Shown: positions 49,855-58,645 of the stretch, in pieces
How positions within the stretch are numbered: the first letter of the stretch is position 1
Layout of the letters: every line of letters starts with the position of its first letter
Origin: Acidobacteriota bacterium
GTDB lineage: Bacteria > Acidobacteriota > Vicinamibacteria > Vicinamibacterales > UBA2999
Reading direction: 5' to 3'
Assembly: GCA_041178345.1 (NCBI GenBank)
Contig: JBEGVQ010000191.1
Location: 2,823-66,822 of the forward strand
DNA length: 64,000 nt
The notes under the pieces: generated by a model
The model's input: only the letters and a program-made list of their open reading frames with translations
The model's database searches: none
What the model was told of the DNA's origin: nothing
Position numbers and translations under genes: made by a program

Positions 49855-50847
49855 CTAGTTCGTTACCGTCACCACGACATCTTTGGGTGTGTTGAGCGCG
49901 CCGTCTGACGCGAGGCAGCGAATCGTGTAGGTGCCGGGATCCTCGAAGGTCACCGACACGGTGTACTTGCCGTCGGGCGGAATGGCCGGCGCCATCCAGC
50001 GCGGCGCCCACGGCGAGTTGGCGCCGGCGCGGGTGTCTTCCCACACCTTGGCCTGGCGCGGCGTGAACGTCACCCGGCCCGCGCCGCGATACACAAAGCA
50101 CGAGTGACGCAGCCCGGTCTGGCTGCCGACGGTGATGGCTGAGGGCGGGCGCTGCGTCGCCGGGTCGAACGCGACGGTGCCGCGCGGCGTCGGCGCGGGC
50201 GGCGTGCCGTTGGTGGCACGGGCGCGGGCCTGGGCGACGAGGCGCGCCTCGCGCGAGTCGGGGCCAAACCGCGGCGCGGGCACGCCGTCATCCTGGGCAA
50301 TGGCAATCAAGGTCAGGGGCTGGCCGACCTGGGCGCGGCGATCGCCGCCGTCCATCGACAGCGTGGGCGGCTGGTTGGCGCGAATCTCGGGGCTGCTAAT
50401 GCCGGCGCCGATCGCGCCCTGCTCCGAGGCCTGGACCAGGTTATCGACCAGCGAGTCCTCGCGCAGGGTGCCGTACGCGCGCTCGGTCTTGCCCTTGGTG
50501 GTCAGCGTCCAGATCAGTTCCTTCTTGCCCCAGTCGGCCGGCACGCGCACCTTGAAGACAAAGCGGTTACGGCGCGGCAGGAAACGGGTGGGCTGGCCCT
50601 GATCGGGGGCCCCGGGGGAGAAGCCGTTCTCCGGACCGACCGCCACGTTGACTTCCTCTTCCCAGTTCCGGTTCATGTAACCGAACATCATGTTGAACGA
50701 ACCGTCGTCGTTCTTCTCCCACCCTTCGAAGGCGGGCGACACGGTCTGGCCGCTCGAGTACGACAGCATCTGGCCGTTGGCGGCCTGGTAAGCAAGGACT
50801 ATCGTGGCCGCGCCGAGGAAGAGGCGCGCGCGTCGTGATCGAATCAT
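49855..50847 (-). CDS. Exported protein of unknown function with Ig-like C-terminus
   Basis: ATG 50847 gives MIRSRRARLFLGAATIVLAYQAANG (signal). The C-terminus GKYTVSVTFEDPGTYTIRCLASDGALNTPKDVVVTV is Ig/PKD-like. It lies 11 nt after the upstream stop. Confidence 0.65.
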   Translation of the reverse strand: MIRSRRARLFLGAATIVLAYQAANGQMLSYSSGQTVSPAFEGWEKNDDGSFNMMFGYMNRNWEEEVNVAVGPENGFSPGAPDQGQPTRFLPRRNRFVFKVRVPADWGKKELIWTLTTKGKTERAYGTLREDSLVDNLVQASEQGAIGAGISSPEIRANQPPTLSMDGGDRRAQVGQPLTLIAIAQDDGVPAPRFGPDSREARLVAQARARATNGTPPAPTPRGTVAFDPATQRPPSAITVGSQTGLRHSCFVYRGAGRVTFTPRQAKVWEDTRAGANSPWAPRWMAPAIPPDGKYTVSVTFEDPGTYTIRCLASDGALNTPKDVVVTVTN

Positions 50848-50858
50848 TGCGAAGATCC

Positions 50859-52310
50859 CTACTGTTGCGCCGTCGGCTTGGCCGGCGGCGGAATCACGTT
50901 GCACAGCGGGCAGCCGATGATGACGTCCGGCCGGTTGGGGCCGAGACGGCGGCGCCGTTCCGCCATTTCTTCCTGGAACTGATCGTCGGTCAGCGGGACC
51001 GACTGGCCGAGGTCGATGAACATGTTCGCGATCGAGCGGTTGCCCGAGCCCTGCCAGTTGCGCGGATCGGGGATGTTCTTGTTGTTCGGCGTGTTGTCCA
51101 TGTAGCCGATGATGTGCAGGATGGTGCCGCGCGGCAGCAGCGGCGCGTGGTCATCGTCGTATTCGTACTGGCGCACCCAGTTGTGATCGTAGCCGGCGCA
51201 GGTCAGCGTCTGGATGTTGATGCCCCAGATGGCTTCGAGGCACATGCGCTGGCCGGGCGCGTGCAGGTGCGGTTCGAAGGTGGCGATCTTGGTGGGCTGC
51301 TGCAGCACCATGTAGGCGTGGAGCTGCTGGTTGGCTTCATTCGGCTTGATGTCGATGTCGAGACCGTTGCCGAGGCTGCGCAGCGTGCTGCGGCGCGCCG
51401 GCTTGTAGCCCTTGGGGTGGAACTTGAAGCCGAACAGCAGCTTCGACTTCACGTCGGCGCCGCCGGCGTGCAGGTGGGCTGACTGGTAAATGATGCTGGA
51501 GTTGGCCTTCAGCAGGCGGCCCGCGTTGGGCTCGAAGACGTCGGCGTTGCGGCCCACCTCGTGCACCGGCCAGCCAACCGCGCCGTCGCCAATGGAGGCG
51601 TCAATGGGGTCGCCGTCGCCGGTGAGCTCGGCCGTCGCCCAAATCAGGTGGTGCCACACGTAGCGCTGGCCCACGGTATCGCGGCCCGACGCGTCCTTGG
51701 CAAAGTCGTTGACCTCGCGGATCTCCACCGACGCGACGTAGCGGTCTTCGGTCAGCGGGATCTTGGTCGGCTCGAACTCGCCCCACCAGTCGGGCGTGTT
51801 GGCCTTGACGGTGATTTCGGGGCTTTCGACAATCAGGTCGGGTTCGCCGGCGTGCCACGAGGCGCCGTCGGGGAACGTGATGGGCGGCGGCATGTCGGCG
51901 GGGTTGCCGCGCGGCGCGCCGGTGTCGGCCCACTTCGCGACCTTGGCGACCTCCTCGTCGCTGAGCGACGGGTCGTGCTTGTAGTGCTGGATGCCGATGT
52001 TCTTCTCGATGTACCACGGCGGCATGGCGCCGGCCTTGTCGCGCAGCGCCGTGCGCTGCTTCATCGCGCGGGCCCAGGGCCGCGCCTCCTCGTAGGTGAT
52101 GAGCGACATGGGCGCCACCTGGCCGGGCCGGTGGCAGTTCTGGCAGCTGCGCTGCAGGATGGGCGCAATATCCTTGGTGAAGGTCACCTCGGGCGCCGGT
52201 GCCGCCTGCTCGGCCTTCACCGCCAAAGGCGTCACGATGCCTGCGATCGCCGCTCCGAAGAGCAGGGTGCCAAGGGTCAGGCGCCAGCCAGCTTTCGTTC
52301 CAACCGCCAT
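50859..52310 (-). CDS. Exported c-type haem (CxxCH) domain fused to a PHM/DBH-like copper-monooxygenase-like domain
   Basis: ATG 52310 with GGAGAG SD. Signal/TM, then DIAPILQRSCQNCH...MPPW (PSCyt-like). Followed in order by HH (220-221), HLH (279-281), HLH (348-350) and GSGNRSIANMF (M430). C-terminal CPLC. Confidence 0.75.
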   Translation of the reverse strand: MAVGTKAGWRLTLGTLLFGAAIAGIVTPLAVKAEQAAPAPEVTFTKDIAPILQRSCQNCHRPGQVAPMSLITYEEARPWARAMKQRTALRDKAGAMPPWYIEKNIGIQHYKHDPSLSDEEVAKVAKWADTGAPRGNPADMPPPITFPDGASWHAGEPDLIVESPEITVKANTPDWWGEFEPTKIPLTEDRYVASVEIREVNDFAKDASGRDTVGQRYVWHHLIWATAELTGDGDPIDASIGDGAVGWPVHEVGRNADVFEPNAGRLLKANSSIIYQSAHLHAGGADVKSKLLFGFKFHPKGYKPARRSTLRSLGNGLDIDIKPNEANQQLHAYMVLQQPTKIATFEPHLHAPGQRMCLEAIWGINIQTLTCAGYDHNWVRQYEYDDDHAPLLPRGTILHIIGYMDNTPNNKNIPDPRNWQGSGNRSIANMFIDLGQSVPLTDDQFQEEMAERRRRLGPNRPDVIIGCPLCNVIPPPAKPTAQQ

Positions 52311-52477
52311 TACGAACTCTCCTTCAAGTGGGTCCCCGGGTCGATTCCGAGGTCTCCGATTGTATCCCGGCGGGCCGTCGCCGGCTACACCCCCCATGTG
52401 GCTGGGATTCCTAGCGCCGGCCGTCATGCTTCGGATACGATTGGCCTTTTCCAAGGCGGACTCTTCAAGGCGGACCT

Positions 52478-53518
52478 GTGCATCCTGATCTCCAAGACGC
52501 GATTACCTTCCACGAGGCCATCCTTGCGGAAGGCGGCAAGGCCCTCGTCGGTTACCAGCAGCCCAAGATCCTGGCGAACCTTGTCCTGTTGTCGGAGATT
52601 CCGACGACCTACGACAAGAAGGAGCAGCGCCAGGTCAACTCCGGCAACCTGCTCTTGCGGGGCGTGCCGGGCGTCGGCAAGACGTTTTTTGGCGTCATCC
52701 TGGCGGCCATCAGCAACGCCAAGTTCGCGCGCATCCAGGGCCGAGCCGACCTGCAGCCGACCGAGGTGGTCGGCTTCCAGATGATCAATCCGGCGACCGG
52801 CGAGCTGACCACCGAAATGGGTCCGCTGGCCGAGGCCGAAGTCATCCTGCTGGATGAAATCAACCGCATCCCGCTGAAGTCGCAGAGCGCCTTCCTCGAA
52901 GGCCTCCAGGACCGCACCGTCACAGTCGGTAAGACGACGTACGAGCTGCCGGCGTTCAACTTCGCCATCGCCACCATGAACCCGGTCGAGCTCGGCCAGG
53001 GCACCTTCCCGCTGTCGGAAGCCGCCACCGATCGCTTCGCGATCATGGTGAACATCGGCTACCTGCCACCCGAGGAAGAGCGCAAGCTGGTGCACTTCGA
53101 CTTCAAGCAGGTGCGCCTCAACCCGCTGATGCGCAAGGAACGCATCATCGAGCTGCGCGCCGCGATCACCGAACACGTTTACCTGCACGAACGGCTGGGC
53201 GACTACATCCAGCGGCTGGTCGCCAACACCCGTCCCTACAACGCCGACACCGACTGGCTGAAGCACTCGCCGTCGGAGCTGGTCGAAACCGGCGTCGACC
53301 TCGGCGCCTCGCCGCGCGCGATCATCGTGTGGGGCCGCCTCGCCAAGGTGTGGGCGCTGCTCGTCCGGCGTCGCGACGAGGTCTACCCGGAAGACATCCA
53401 GGACCTCGCGACCTACGTGCTCGGCCACCGCCTGTGGCTTGGCCCGCACGCCGCCAGCCATGGCTTGACCACCGACGCGGTGATCAAGGACGTGATCGAA
53501 CGCACCCCGATTCCATGA
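52478..53518 (+). CDS. MoxR-family AAA+ ATPase
   Basis: 346 aa with Walker A GVPGVGKT, Walker B VILLDEINR and MoxR-type LEGLQDRTVTVG. Confidence 0.9.
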   Translation: MHPDLQDAITFHEAILAEGGKALVGYQQPKILANLVLLSEIPTTYDKKEQRQVNSGNLLLRGVPGVGKTFFGVILAAISNAKFARIQGRADLQPTEVVGFQMINPATGELTTEMGPLAEAEVILLDEINRIPLKSQSAFLEGLQDRTVTVGKTTYELPAFNFAIATMNPVELGQGTFPLSEAATDRFAIMVNIGYLPPEEERKLVHFDFKQVRLNPLMRKERIIELRAAITEHVYLHERLGDYIQRLVANTRPYNADTDWLKHSPSELVETGVDLGASPRAIIVWGRLAKVWALLVRRRDEVYPEDIQDLATYVLGHRLWLGPHAASHGLTTDAVIKDVIERTPIP

Positions 53519-54462
53519 GAACTCGGGAACAAGAGGTCGAGCCGCTCATCAACCTGTCGGAGATTACCGAGGTCGAGCTGCTCATCCTCAAGCGGATGCG
53601 CGAGTTCACGATCGGCGAACACTCCAGCATGTTCCATGGCACGGGGTTCGACTTCGTCGGGCTGCGCGACTGGCAGGCGGGCGATCGCTTCGAGGCGATC
53701 GACTGGGCGCAGTCATCGCTCACCAACTTCAGCCCGCTGATCGTCCGCGAGTTCGAGCAGCCCACCACCTCGGGGGTAATCCTCGTCGCCGACCGCTCGG
53801 CCTCGACCCGTTGCGGCGCCGACCCGTCCGCCAAAGGCGATCGCCGCGGCCTGCAGATCGCCACGCTGATTGCGCGCTCGATCGCCACCATCGGCATGTC
53901 GGCGGTGTTCTTCCAGGACTCGATTGGGTTGGTGACGTTCGACGAGGGCTTTCACACCCTGGGCGCCGTGCGCCCGCGGATTGGCAAGGGCCAGGTGATT
54001 CACTGCCTCGAGGCCTACCAGGATGGCCACGGCCTGCAGGACCTGAAGAACTCGGGGAGCCTCAGCGCGACCCTCACCGGCTTCTCGCGCAAGACCTCGA
54101 TGATGCCGGTCATCTCCGACTTCCTGTTCGACGATGCGCCGGCGTTCCTGAAAGAGCTGTCTCAGGTCGACAACGTCCACGACGTCTTCATCATGATGGT
54201 GGATGCCTCGTTCGCCTTCGAGCTGCCGCGCGTTTCGGCCGGCTGGGTCGAGGTCTACGACGTCGAAACCGGCAGCACTCGCATGATGTCGCGCCGCGAG
54301 CTCGGCCGGCAGAGCGAGCGGATCAAGCTGTGGCAGGACGACATCACCCGCCAGGCCAAGGCCCTGGACCTCGACGTCATTCGCCTGGGCGCCGACCAGG
54401 TGAAGTTTGATGTTTCGCTGATTGAATGGGTAGCAGAGCGGCGCCTCCGGCGCCGGAAGTAA
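53515..54462 (+). CDS. DUF58-family protein (VWA-like partner of MoxR)
   Basis: ATG 53515 overlaps the moxR stop (ATGA). Carries GEHSSMFHGTGFDFVGLRDWQAGDRFEAIDW, typical of DUF58. Confidence 0.85.
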   Translation: MRTREQEVEPLINLSEITEVELLILKRMREFTIGEHSSMFHGTGFDFVGLRDWQAGDRFEAIDWAQSSLTNFSPLIVREFEQPTTSGVILVADRSASTRCGADPSAKGDRRGLQIATLIARSIATIGMSAVFFQDSIGLVTFDEGFHTLGAVRPRIGKGQVIHCLEAYQDGHGLQDLKNSGSLSATLTGFSRKTSMMPVISDFLFDDAPAFLKELSQVDNVHDVFIMMVDASFAFELPRVSAGWVEVYDVETGSTRMMSRRELGRQSERIKLWQDDITRQAKALDLDVIRLGADQVKFDVSLIEWVAERRLRRRK

Positions 54463-54488
54463 GCAGTTAGCAGTTAGCAGTTAGCAGT
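54463..54488. repeat. Tandem heptamer (GCAGTTA) x 3.7
   Basis: GCAGTTAGCAGTTAGCAGTTAGCAGT lies directly after the DUF58 stop. It supplies TAG in all three plus frames and TAA in all three minus frames. Confidence 0.8.
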
Positions 54489-54497
54489 CGAGACAAC

Positions 54498-55637
54498 ATG
54501 AACACACACATTCTTCGCGCGGCCCTGTTGCTCGTGGTATCGGCATCGCCGGCATTGGCCCAAACCGGCACCGACCTCGTCGAGGTCGAGCCCATCAAGT
54601 GCTGGTGGCGCACCTCCACCAGCGCGGTGCGCACCGGCGAGTTCTTCGACTTGCGGCTGACCTGCGCGGTGGTCGAGACCGAGGCCGCCCGGGTGGTGCC
54701 GGACTTGTCGAAGCTCGACCCGACCGTCGTGCAGCTGCCGCCGTTCGAGGTCACCGGTGGCACGCACGCCGGCGACCTGGTCACGATCGGCAAGCGCTTC
54801 ATTCAATACGACTACCGCATGCGGCTGATCGCCGAAGACGCGTTCGGCGCCGATGTCGCGATCCCGCCCCTGGAGGTGACCTACACCATCGAGAGCAAGG
54901 TGACGGGCGGCGAGTCGGTGATGGGGCGCGAGCAGAGCTATGCCCTGCCCCGCGCCTCGGTGAAGCTGATCTCGGTGGTGCCCGACGACACCTCGGACAT
55001 TCGCGAGCCGGCCGCGTCGGCGTTCTCGGCGATCGAGGCCCGCGGCTCGCGCGCCGACCTGTTCCAGACCGCCGCCACGGTGCTGTTTGCGCTGGCCGGC
55101 GTCATGGCCGCGGTGATCCTGATCGGCATGATGCGCAGCAAGACCAAGACCACCACGGCGAGCCGCGCGCACCTGGCGCCGCGGGCGATCCTGCGTCACG
55201 TGGCGAGCGAACTGGGCGAGGTGCAGCAGGCGGGCCGCGGCGGCTGGACGCCCGAGCTGGCCGGCCGCGCGCTGTCGGCGGCGCGGGTTTCCGGCAGCTA
55301 CGCGTCGGGACGCAGCGTCGGCCAGCGCCCGGTGCTGGCCAACGACCCGCTGGTCGACGGCGCGCTCCTGATCGGCCGCGGCATGGGCCGCACACCGATG
55401 TACGTGTCGGGTTCGGTCACCGCGGAATCGGCGACCGACCCGACGCTGGTCGACGCGCTCAAGACGATGACGGTCGCCCGCTACGGCCGCGATGGGCAGA
55501 AGGTCGACATGGACGACGCGGTCAGCACGGCCATTCGCGTGACCAAGCAACAGCAGTCGGCACACTCGCTGATCTCGGAATGGTCGGGCAACTTCATGCG
55601 CTCGCTCGTCGACATGCGCAAGAAGGTCTGGGCCTAA
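54498..55637 (+). CDS. BatD-like exported/membrane protein
   Basis: 379 aa with signal MNTHILRAALLLVVSASPALAQ, a beta-rich ectodomain, TM TAATVLFALAGVMAAVILIGMM and a cytoplasmic tail. Operon context with MoxR/VWA. Confidence 0.55.
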   Translation: MNTHILRAALLLVVSASPALAQTGTDLVEVEPIKCWWRTSTSAVRTGEFFDLRLTCAVVETEAARVVPDLSKLDPTVVQLPPFEVTGGTHAGDLVTIGKRFIQYDYRMRLIAEDAFGADVAIPPLEVTYTIESKVTGGESVMGREQSYALPRASVKLISVVPDDTSDIREPAASAFSAIEARGSRADLFQTAATVLFALAGVMAAVILIGMMRSKTKTTTASRAHLAPRAILRHVASELGEVQQAGRGGWTPELAGRALSAARVSGSYASGRSVGQRPVLANDPLVDGALLIGRGMGRTPMYVSGSVTAESATDPTLVDALKTMTVARYGRDGQKVDMDDAVSTAIRVTKQQQSAHSLISEWSGNFMRSLVDMRKKVWA

Positions 55638-55644
55638 CCAGGTA

Positions 55645-56748
55645 ATGCAGGTCTTTAGAGACATCTCCGCGCTCGTGCAGGCCACGTGGGCCGAGTGGGG
55701 AGATCTGTACCTCGAACGGCTGATCTTCTCGGAGAGCTCGACGGCGCGCCAGGTGGTGCTGGCGCTGATTGGCCTCGCCGCGGTGTTCATGGTGATCCGG
55801 TCGTTTGGCAGCCGCAATCCCGGCAAGAGCCGCATGGCGCTGCCGGCGATTGTCACCAGTCCGGGTTGGTCACGCGCGTCGCTGTCGCGGCACGGCGCGC
55901 TGATCCTGGCGCTGGCCGGCCTGCCGTTCTTCATCCTGGCGCTGGCCGATCCACGCACTTCGCTCACCCGCTCGGAAACCACCTACCCAGGCCGCCGCAT
56001 CAGCCTGTTGATCGACGCTTCGTCGAGCATGCTGTCGGCGCTGCCGTCCACCACGCTGGCCAAGGGCGCGCCCAACAACGCCGCGTTCTTCACCACCGTC
56101 GGCGCGGCCCGCTACTTCATCGAGCGCCGCATGGCCGGCAAGTACCGCGACCTCATGGCGCTGGTCGAGTTCGGCGACGATGCGTACGTCATTACCCCGT
56201 TCACGACCGACTACGAGAACATCCTGCTCAGCACGGCGCTGATCGGCGACTGGAACGAGTTCATGGCGTTCCCCGACCAGGGCACGGTCGTGGCGCGGGC
56301 AGTCGAGCAAAGCGTCGGGCTGTTCAACGCCTTCGACTACCTCGACGCGTCCGGCAACCTGATGGTGATTTTCACCGACGGCGCCGACGCCGACGTGCTC
56401 GAGAACGGCAAGACCGTGGACGACGTGCTGGGCGAGGCGACCCGGGCGAAGATCCCGGTCTACCTGATCAAGATCGGCGGCAACATCCAGAACAAGCGGA
56501 GCGTCGCCGACGAACTGTGGATTGGCGCGGTCAGGCGGACCGGCGGGCAGTTCTTCTCGGGCGGCGACGAGGCGACGATCATCCAGGCCATCCAGGCGAT
56601 CGATCGCGCGTCGGCCGGCACCATCGAGATGAAGCAATACAGCACCGAGCGTCCGCGCTACGCGCCGTTCGCGCTGACGGCGCTCGCCTTTTGGTGCGCG
56701 GCGCTGCTGTTGCGGTTCACGATTCCGGCGTTTCAAACATTCCCATAG
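55645..56748 (+). CDS. VWA-domain membrane protein (BatA-like)
   Basis: 367 aa with N-terminal TMs, MIDAS ISLLIDASSSM and a C-terminal TM. Confidence 0.85.
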   Translation: MQVFRDISALVQATWAEWGDLYLERLIFSESSTARQVVLALIGLAAVFMVIRSFGSRNPGKSRMALPAIVTSPGWSRASLSRHGALILALAGLPFFILALADPRTSLTRSETTYPGRRISLLIDASSSMLSALPSTTLAKGAPNNAAFFTTVGAARYFIERRMAGKYRDLMALVEFGDDAYVITPFTTDYENILLSTALIGDWNEFMAFPDQGTVVARAVEQSVGLFNAFDYLDASGNLMVIFTDGADADVLENGKTVDDVLGEATRAKIPVYLIKIGGNIQNKRSVADELWIGAVRRTGGQFFSGGDEATIIQAIQAIDRASAGTIEMKQYSTERPRYAPFALTALAFWCAALLLRFTIPAFQTFP

Positions 56749-56768
56749 GTCGTTTTCCTATGGCGTGG

Positions 56769-56790
56769 GGACAAACCTTTAGGTTTGTCC
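56769..56790. repeat. Hairpin GGACAAACC-TTTA-GGTTTGTCC
   Basis: 9-bp stem with the same TTTA loop as the 38.9/58.6 kb hairpins, in the BatA-like/next-gene spacer. Confidence 0.45.
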
Positions 56791-56809
56791 GGGGTTAGAG
56801 GAGCACAGC

Positions 56810-57460
56810 ATGAGATCGTCATCATGGTTCGGTCAGGCCCTGATCGTCATCGTCCTTGTCGCCGTGGGCGCTATCCTGTGGCGCACGGCGGAATCGGAGC
56901 AGCGCCTGGCCGCGGCCGAGCGTGACCTGGTGACGCTGCGCTACCAGGAAGCGGCCGACCTGGCGCAGGGCCCCGGCCGCATTGCCCGCCTGCTGCCCGG
57001 CAGCGACCGCCTGACCGCCTCCGCCAACGCGCTCGACACCGCGGCGGCGTACTGGCAGGGGGACTACGACGCCGTGGCGACCGCCGTGGACGCCAAGTTG
57101 ATGGCGGCCAACGCCGCCTATCGCAAGTTGCGCCAGGAGGGCGGCACCTGGCAGACCGTGGTCGGGCGGCTCGACAACGTGGTGAAGAGCTACGCCGAGA
57201 TCCTCCGGGAGCAGCCCGACAACGCCGAGGCCGCATTCAACTACGAGTACGCCGCGCGCCTGCGCGCGGTGCTCACGGCCCGCAAGCAGCCGGTCGCGCC
57301 GTTCGATGCGACCGCCACGCTCACGCTGCACGGCTTCGAGGGCGCACCGCCCGAAGCGTCGGACATGAAGAAGTTCAAGATGATTGTCCCGATGCGTCCC
57401 GACGAACGGCTCGAGGCCGAAAAAGCGGGCAAGGGCACGACGAAGGTCAGAAAAGGCTAG
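56810..57460 (+). CDS. Membrane-anchored helical (TPR-like) protein of the Bat-like operon
   Basis: 216 aa with TM ALIVIVLVAVGAILW followed by Ala-rich helices. No family recognised. Confidence 0.6.
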   Translation: MRSSSWFGQALIVIVLVAVGAILWRTAESEQRLAAAERDLVTLRYQEAADLAQGPGRIARLLPGSDRLTASANALDTAAAYWQGDYDAVATAVDAKLMAANAAYRKLRQEGGTWQTVVGRLDNVVKSYAEILREQPDNAEAAFNYEYAARLRAVLTARKQPVAPFDATATLTLHGFEGAPPEASDMKKFKMIVPMRPDERLEAEKAGKGTTKVRKG

Positions 57461-57502
57461 GGCTTAGGAGCCCAGGGACCGAGGGGATTAGGGTTTTACG
57501 AA

Positions 57503-58591
57503 ATGAAGTTCGGCGCGCCTGGATTCTTGCCGCTGCTGGCGATTCCCGCCCTGCTGCTCGTCCTGTGGGTGTGGCAGGTCTGGCGGCGGCGTGCCGATGC
57601 GCAGGCGTTCATGCGGCATCGCCAGGTGCCGGTCGAAGAGCGCGTGTCGTTCTTTGGCGAACTGCTGTTCTGGTTCTGCCTGCTGCTGGCGACGATTGCG
57701 GGCACCCTCGCCCTGGCCAAGCCGCAGGCGGTGACCTCGCTCGTGCGCAATGCCGGCGTCGACCTGGTGATCCTGCAGGACGGTTCGGCGTCGATGCACG
57801 TCCAGGACGTCAAGGGCAACCGCTGGCAGCGATCGATGCGCTTTCTCCGCACCCTGGGCGAGTCGCTGCGCTGGGACAACGACCGCGTCGCCATGGCGCT
57901 GTTCGCCCACATGGCCACGCCGCAGATTCGCCTGACCAAGGATCCCAACACCTACTTCTTCTTCCTCGATCACCTCGAGGACACCTCGCCGTTCCGCCTC
58001 GAAGACGACGGCACGTGGGACACCAACATCGAGCGCGGCATCTACTGGGGCCTGCGGCTGATCGAGAAGGACGAGGAAATCCGGCGTGAGTCGGGTCTCG
58101 ACGACAAGCTCGGCGCGAACACCAACCCGAAGGCATTCCTGCTGATCTCCGACGGCCAGTCGTGGAGCGGCGAGGTCGCCAAGTCATTGGCGCTGGCGCT
58201 GGAGCGCGGCGTGCCATTGAACGTGGTCGGCATCGGCACCACCGCCGGCGGGTTGATTCCGGATCCCAAGCGGCAGCCCAATCAGCCGTTGATCCGGTCT
58301 ACGCTCAACCGCGCGGAGCTGACCCGCATTGCCACCGCGGGCGGCGGCCGCTACTTCGAGATCGATCGCGACAGCGACCGCGACATTGCCAACGCCGTGA
58401 TCGAGCAGACGCGCCGCCGGGCCGGGACCACGGGCGTCCAGGAAGGCGTGCAGGAGCTGTACTGGAACTTCCTGTTTGGCGCGGGTGTGCTGATTGCGCT
58501 GGGCGTGCTGTTCCTGCGCGACCGCGTCGCGCTGGCGCTGCAGCTGACCGCGGCGGCCGCGGTGTTCGGGTTCGTCTCGTCGGTATTTTGA
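57503..58591 (+). CDS. VWA-domain membrane protein (BatB-like)
   Basis: 362 aa with N-terminal TMs, MIDAS DLVILQDGSASM and a C-terminal TM. Confidence 0.85.
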   Translation: MKFGAPGFLPLLAIPALLLVLWVWQVWRRRADAQAFMRHRQVPVEERVSFFGELLFWFCLLLATIAGTLALAKPQAVTSLVRNAGVDLVILQDGSASMHVQDVKGNRWQRSMRFLRTLGESLRWDNDRVAMALFAHMATPQIRLTKDPNTYFFFLDHLEDTSPFRLEDDGTWDTNIERGIYWGLRLIEKDEEIRRESGLDDKLGANTNPKAFLLISDGQSWSGEVAKSLALALERGVPLNVVGIGTTAGGLIPDPKRQPNQPLIRSTLNRAELTRIATAGGGRYFEIDRDSDRDIANAVIEQTRRRAGTTGVQEGVQELYWNFLFGAGVLIALGVLFLRDRVALALQLTAAAAVFGFVSSVF

Positions 58592-58595
58592 TGTC

Positions 58596-58634
58596 GCGTC
58601 CGGCTTTAGCCGGACAATCCGCCGAAAGGCGGAT
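58596..58634. terminator. Two tandem hairpins between convergent genes (candidate bidirectional terminator)
   Basis: The first is GCGTCCGGC-TTTA-GCCGGAC, identical to 38943-38962. The second is ATCCGCC-GAAA-GGCGGAT at 58617-58634. There are no U tracts. Confidence 0.5.
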
Positions 58635-58645
58635 CCTGCATAGCA

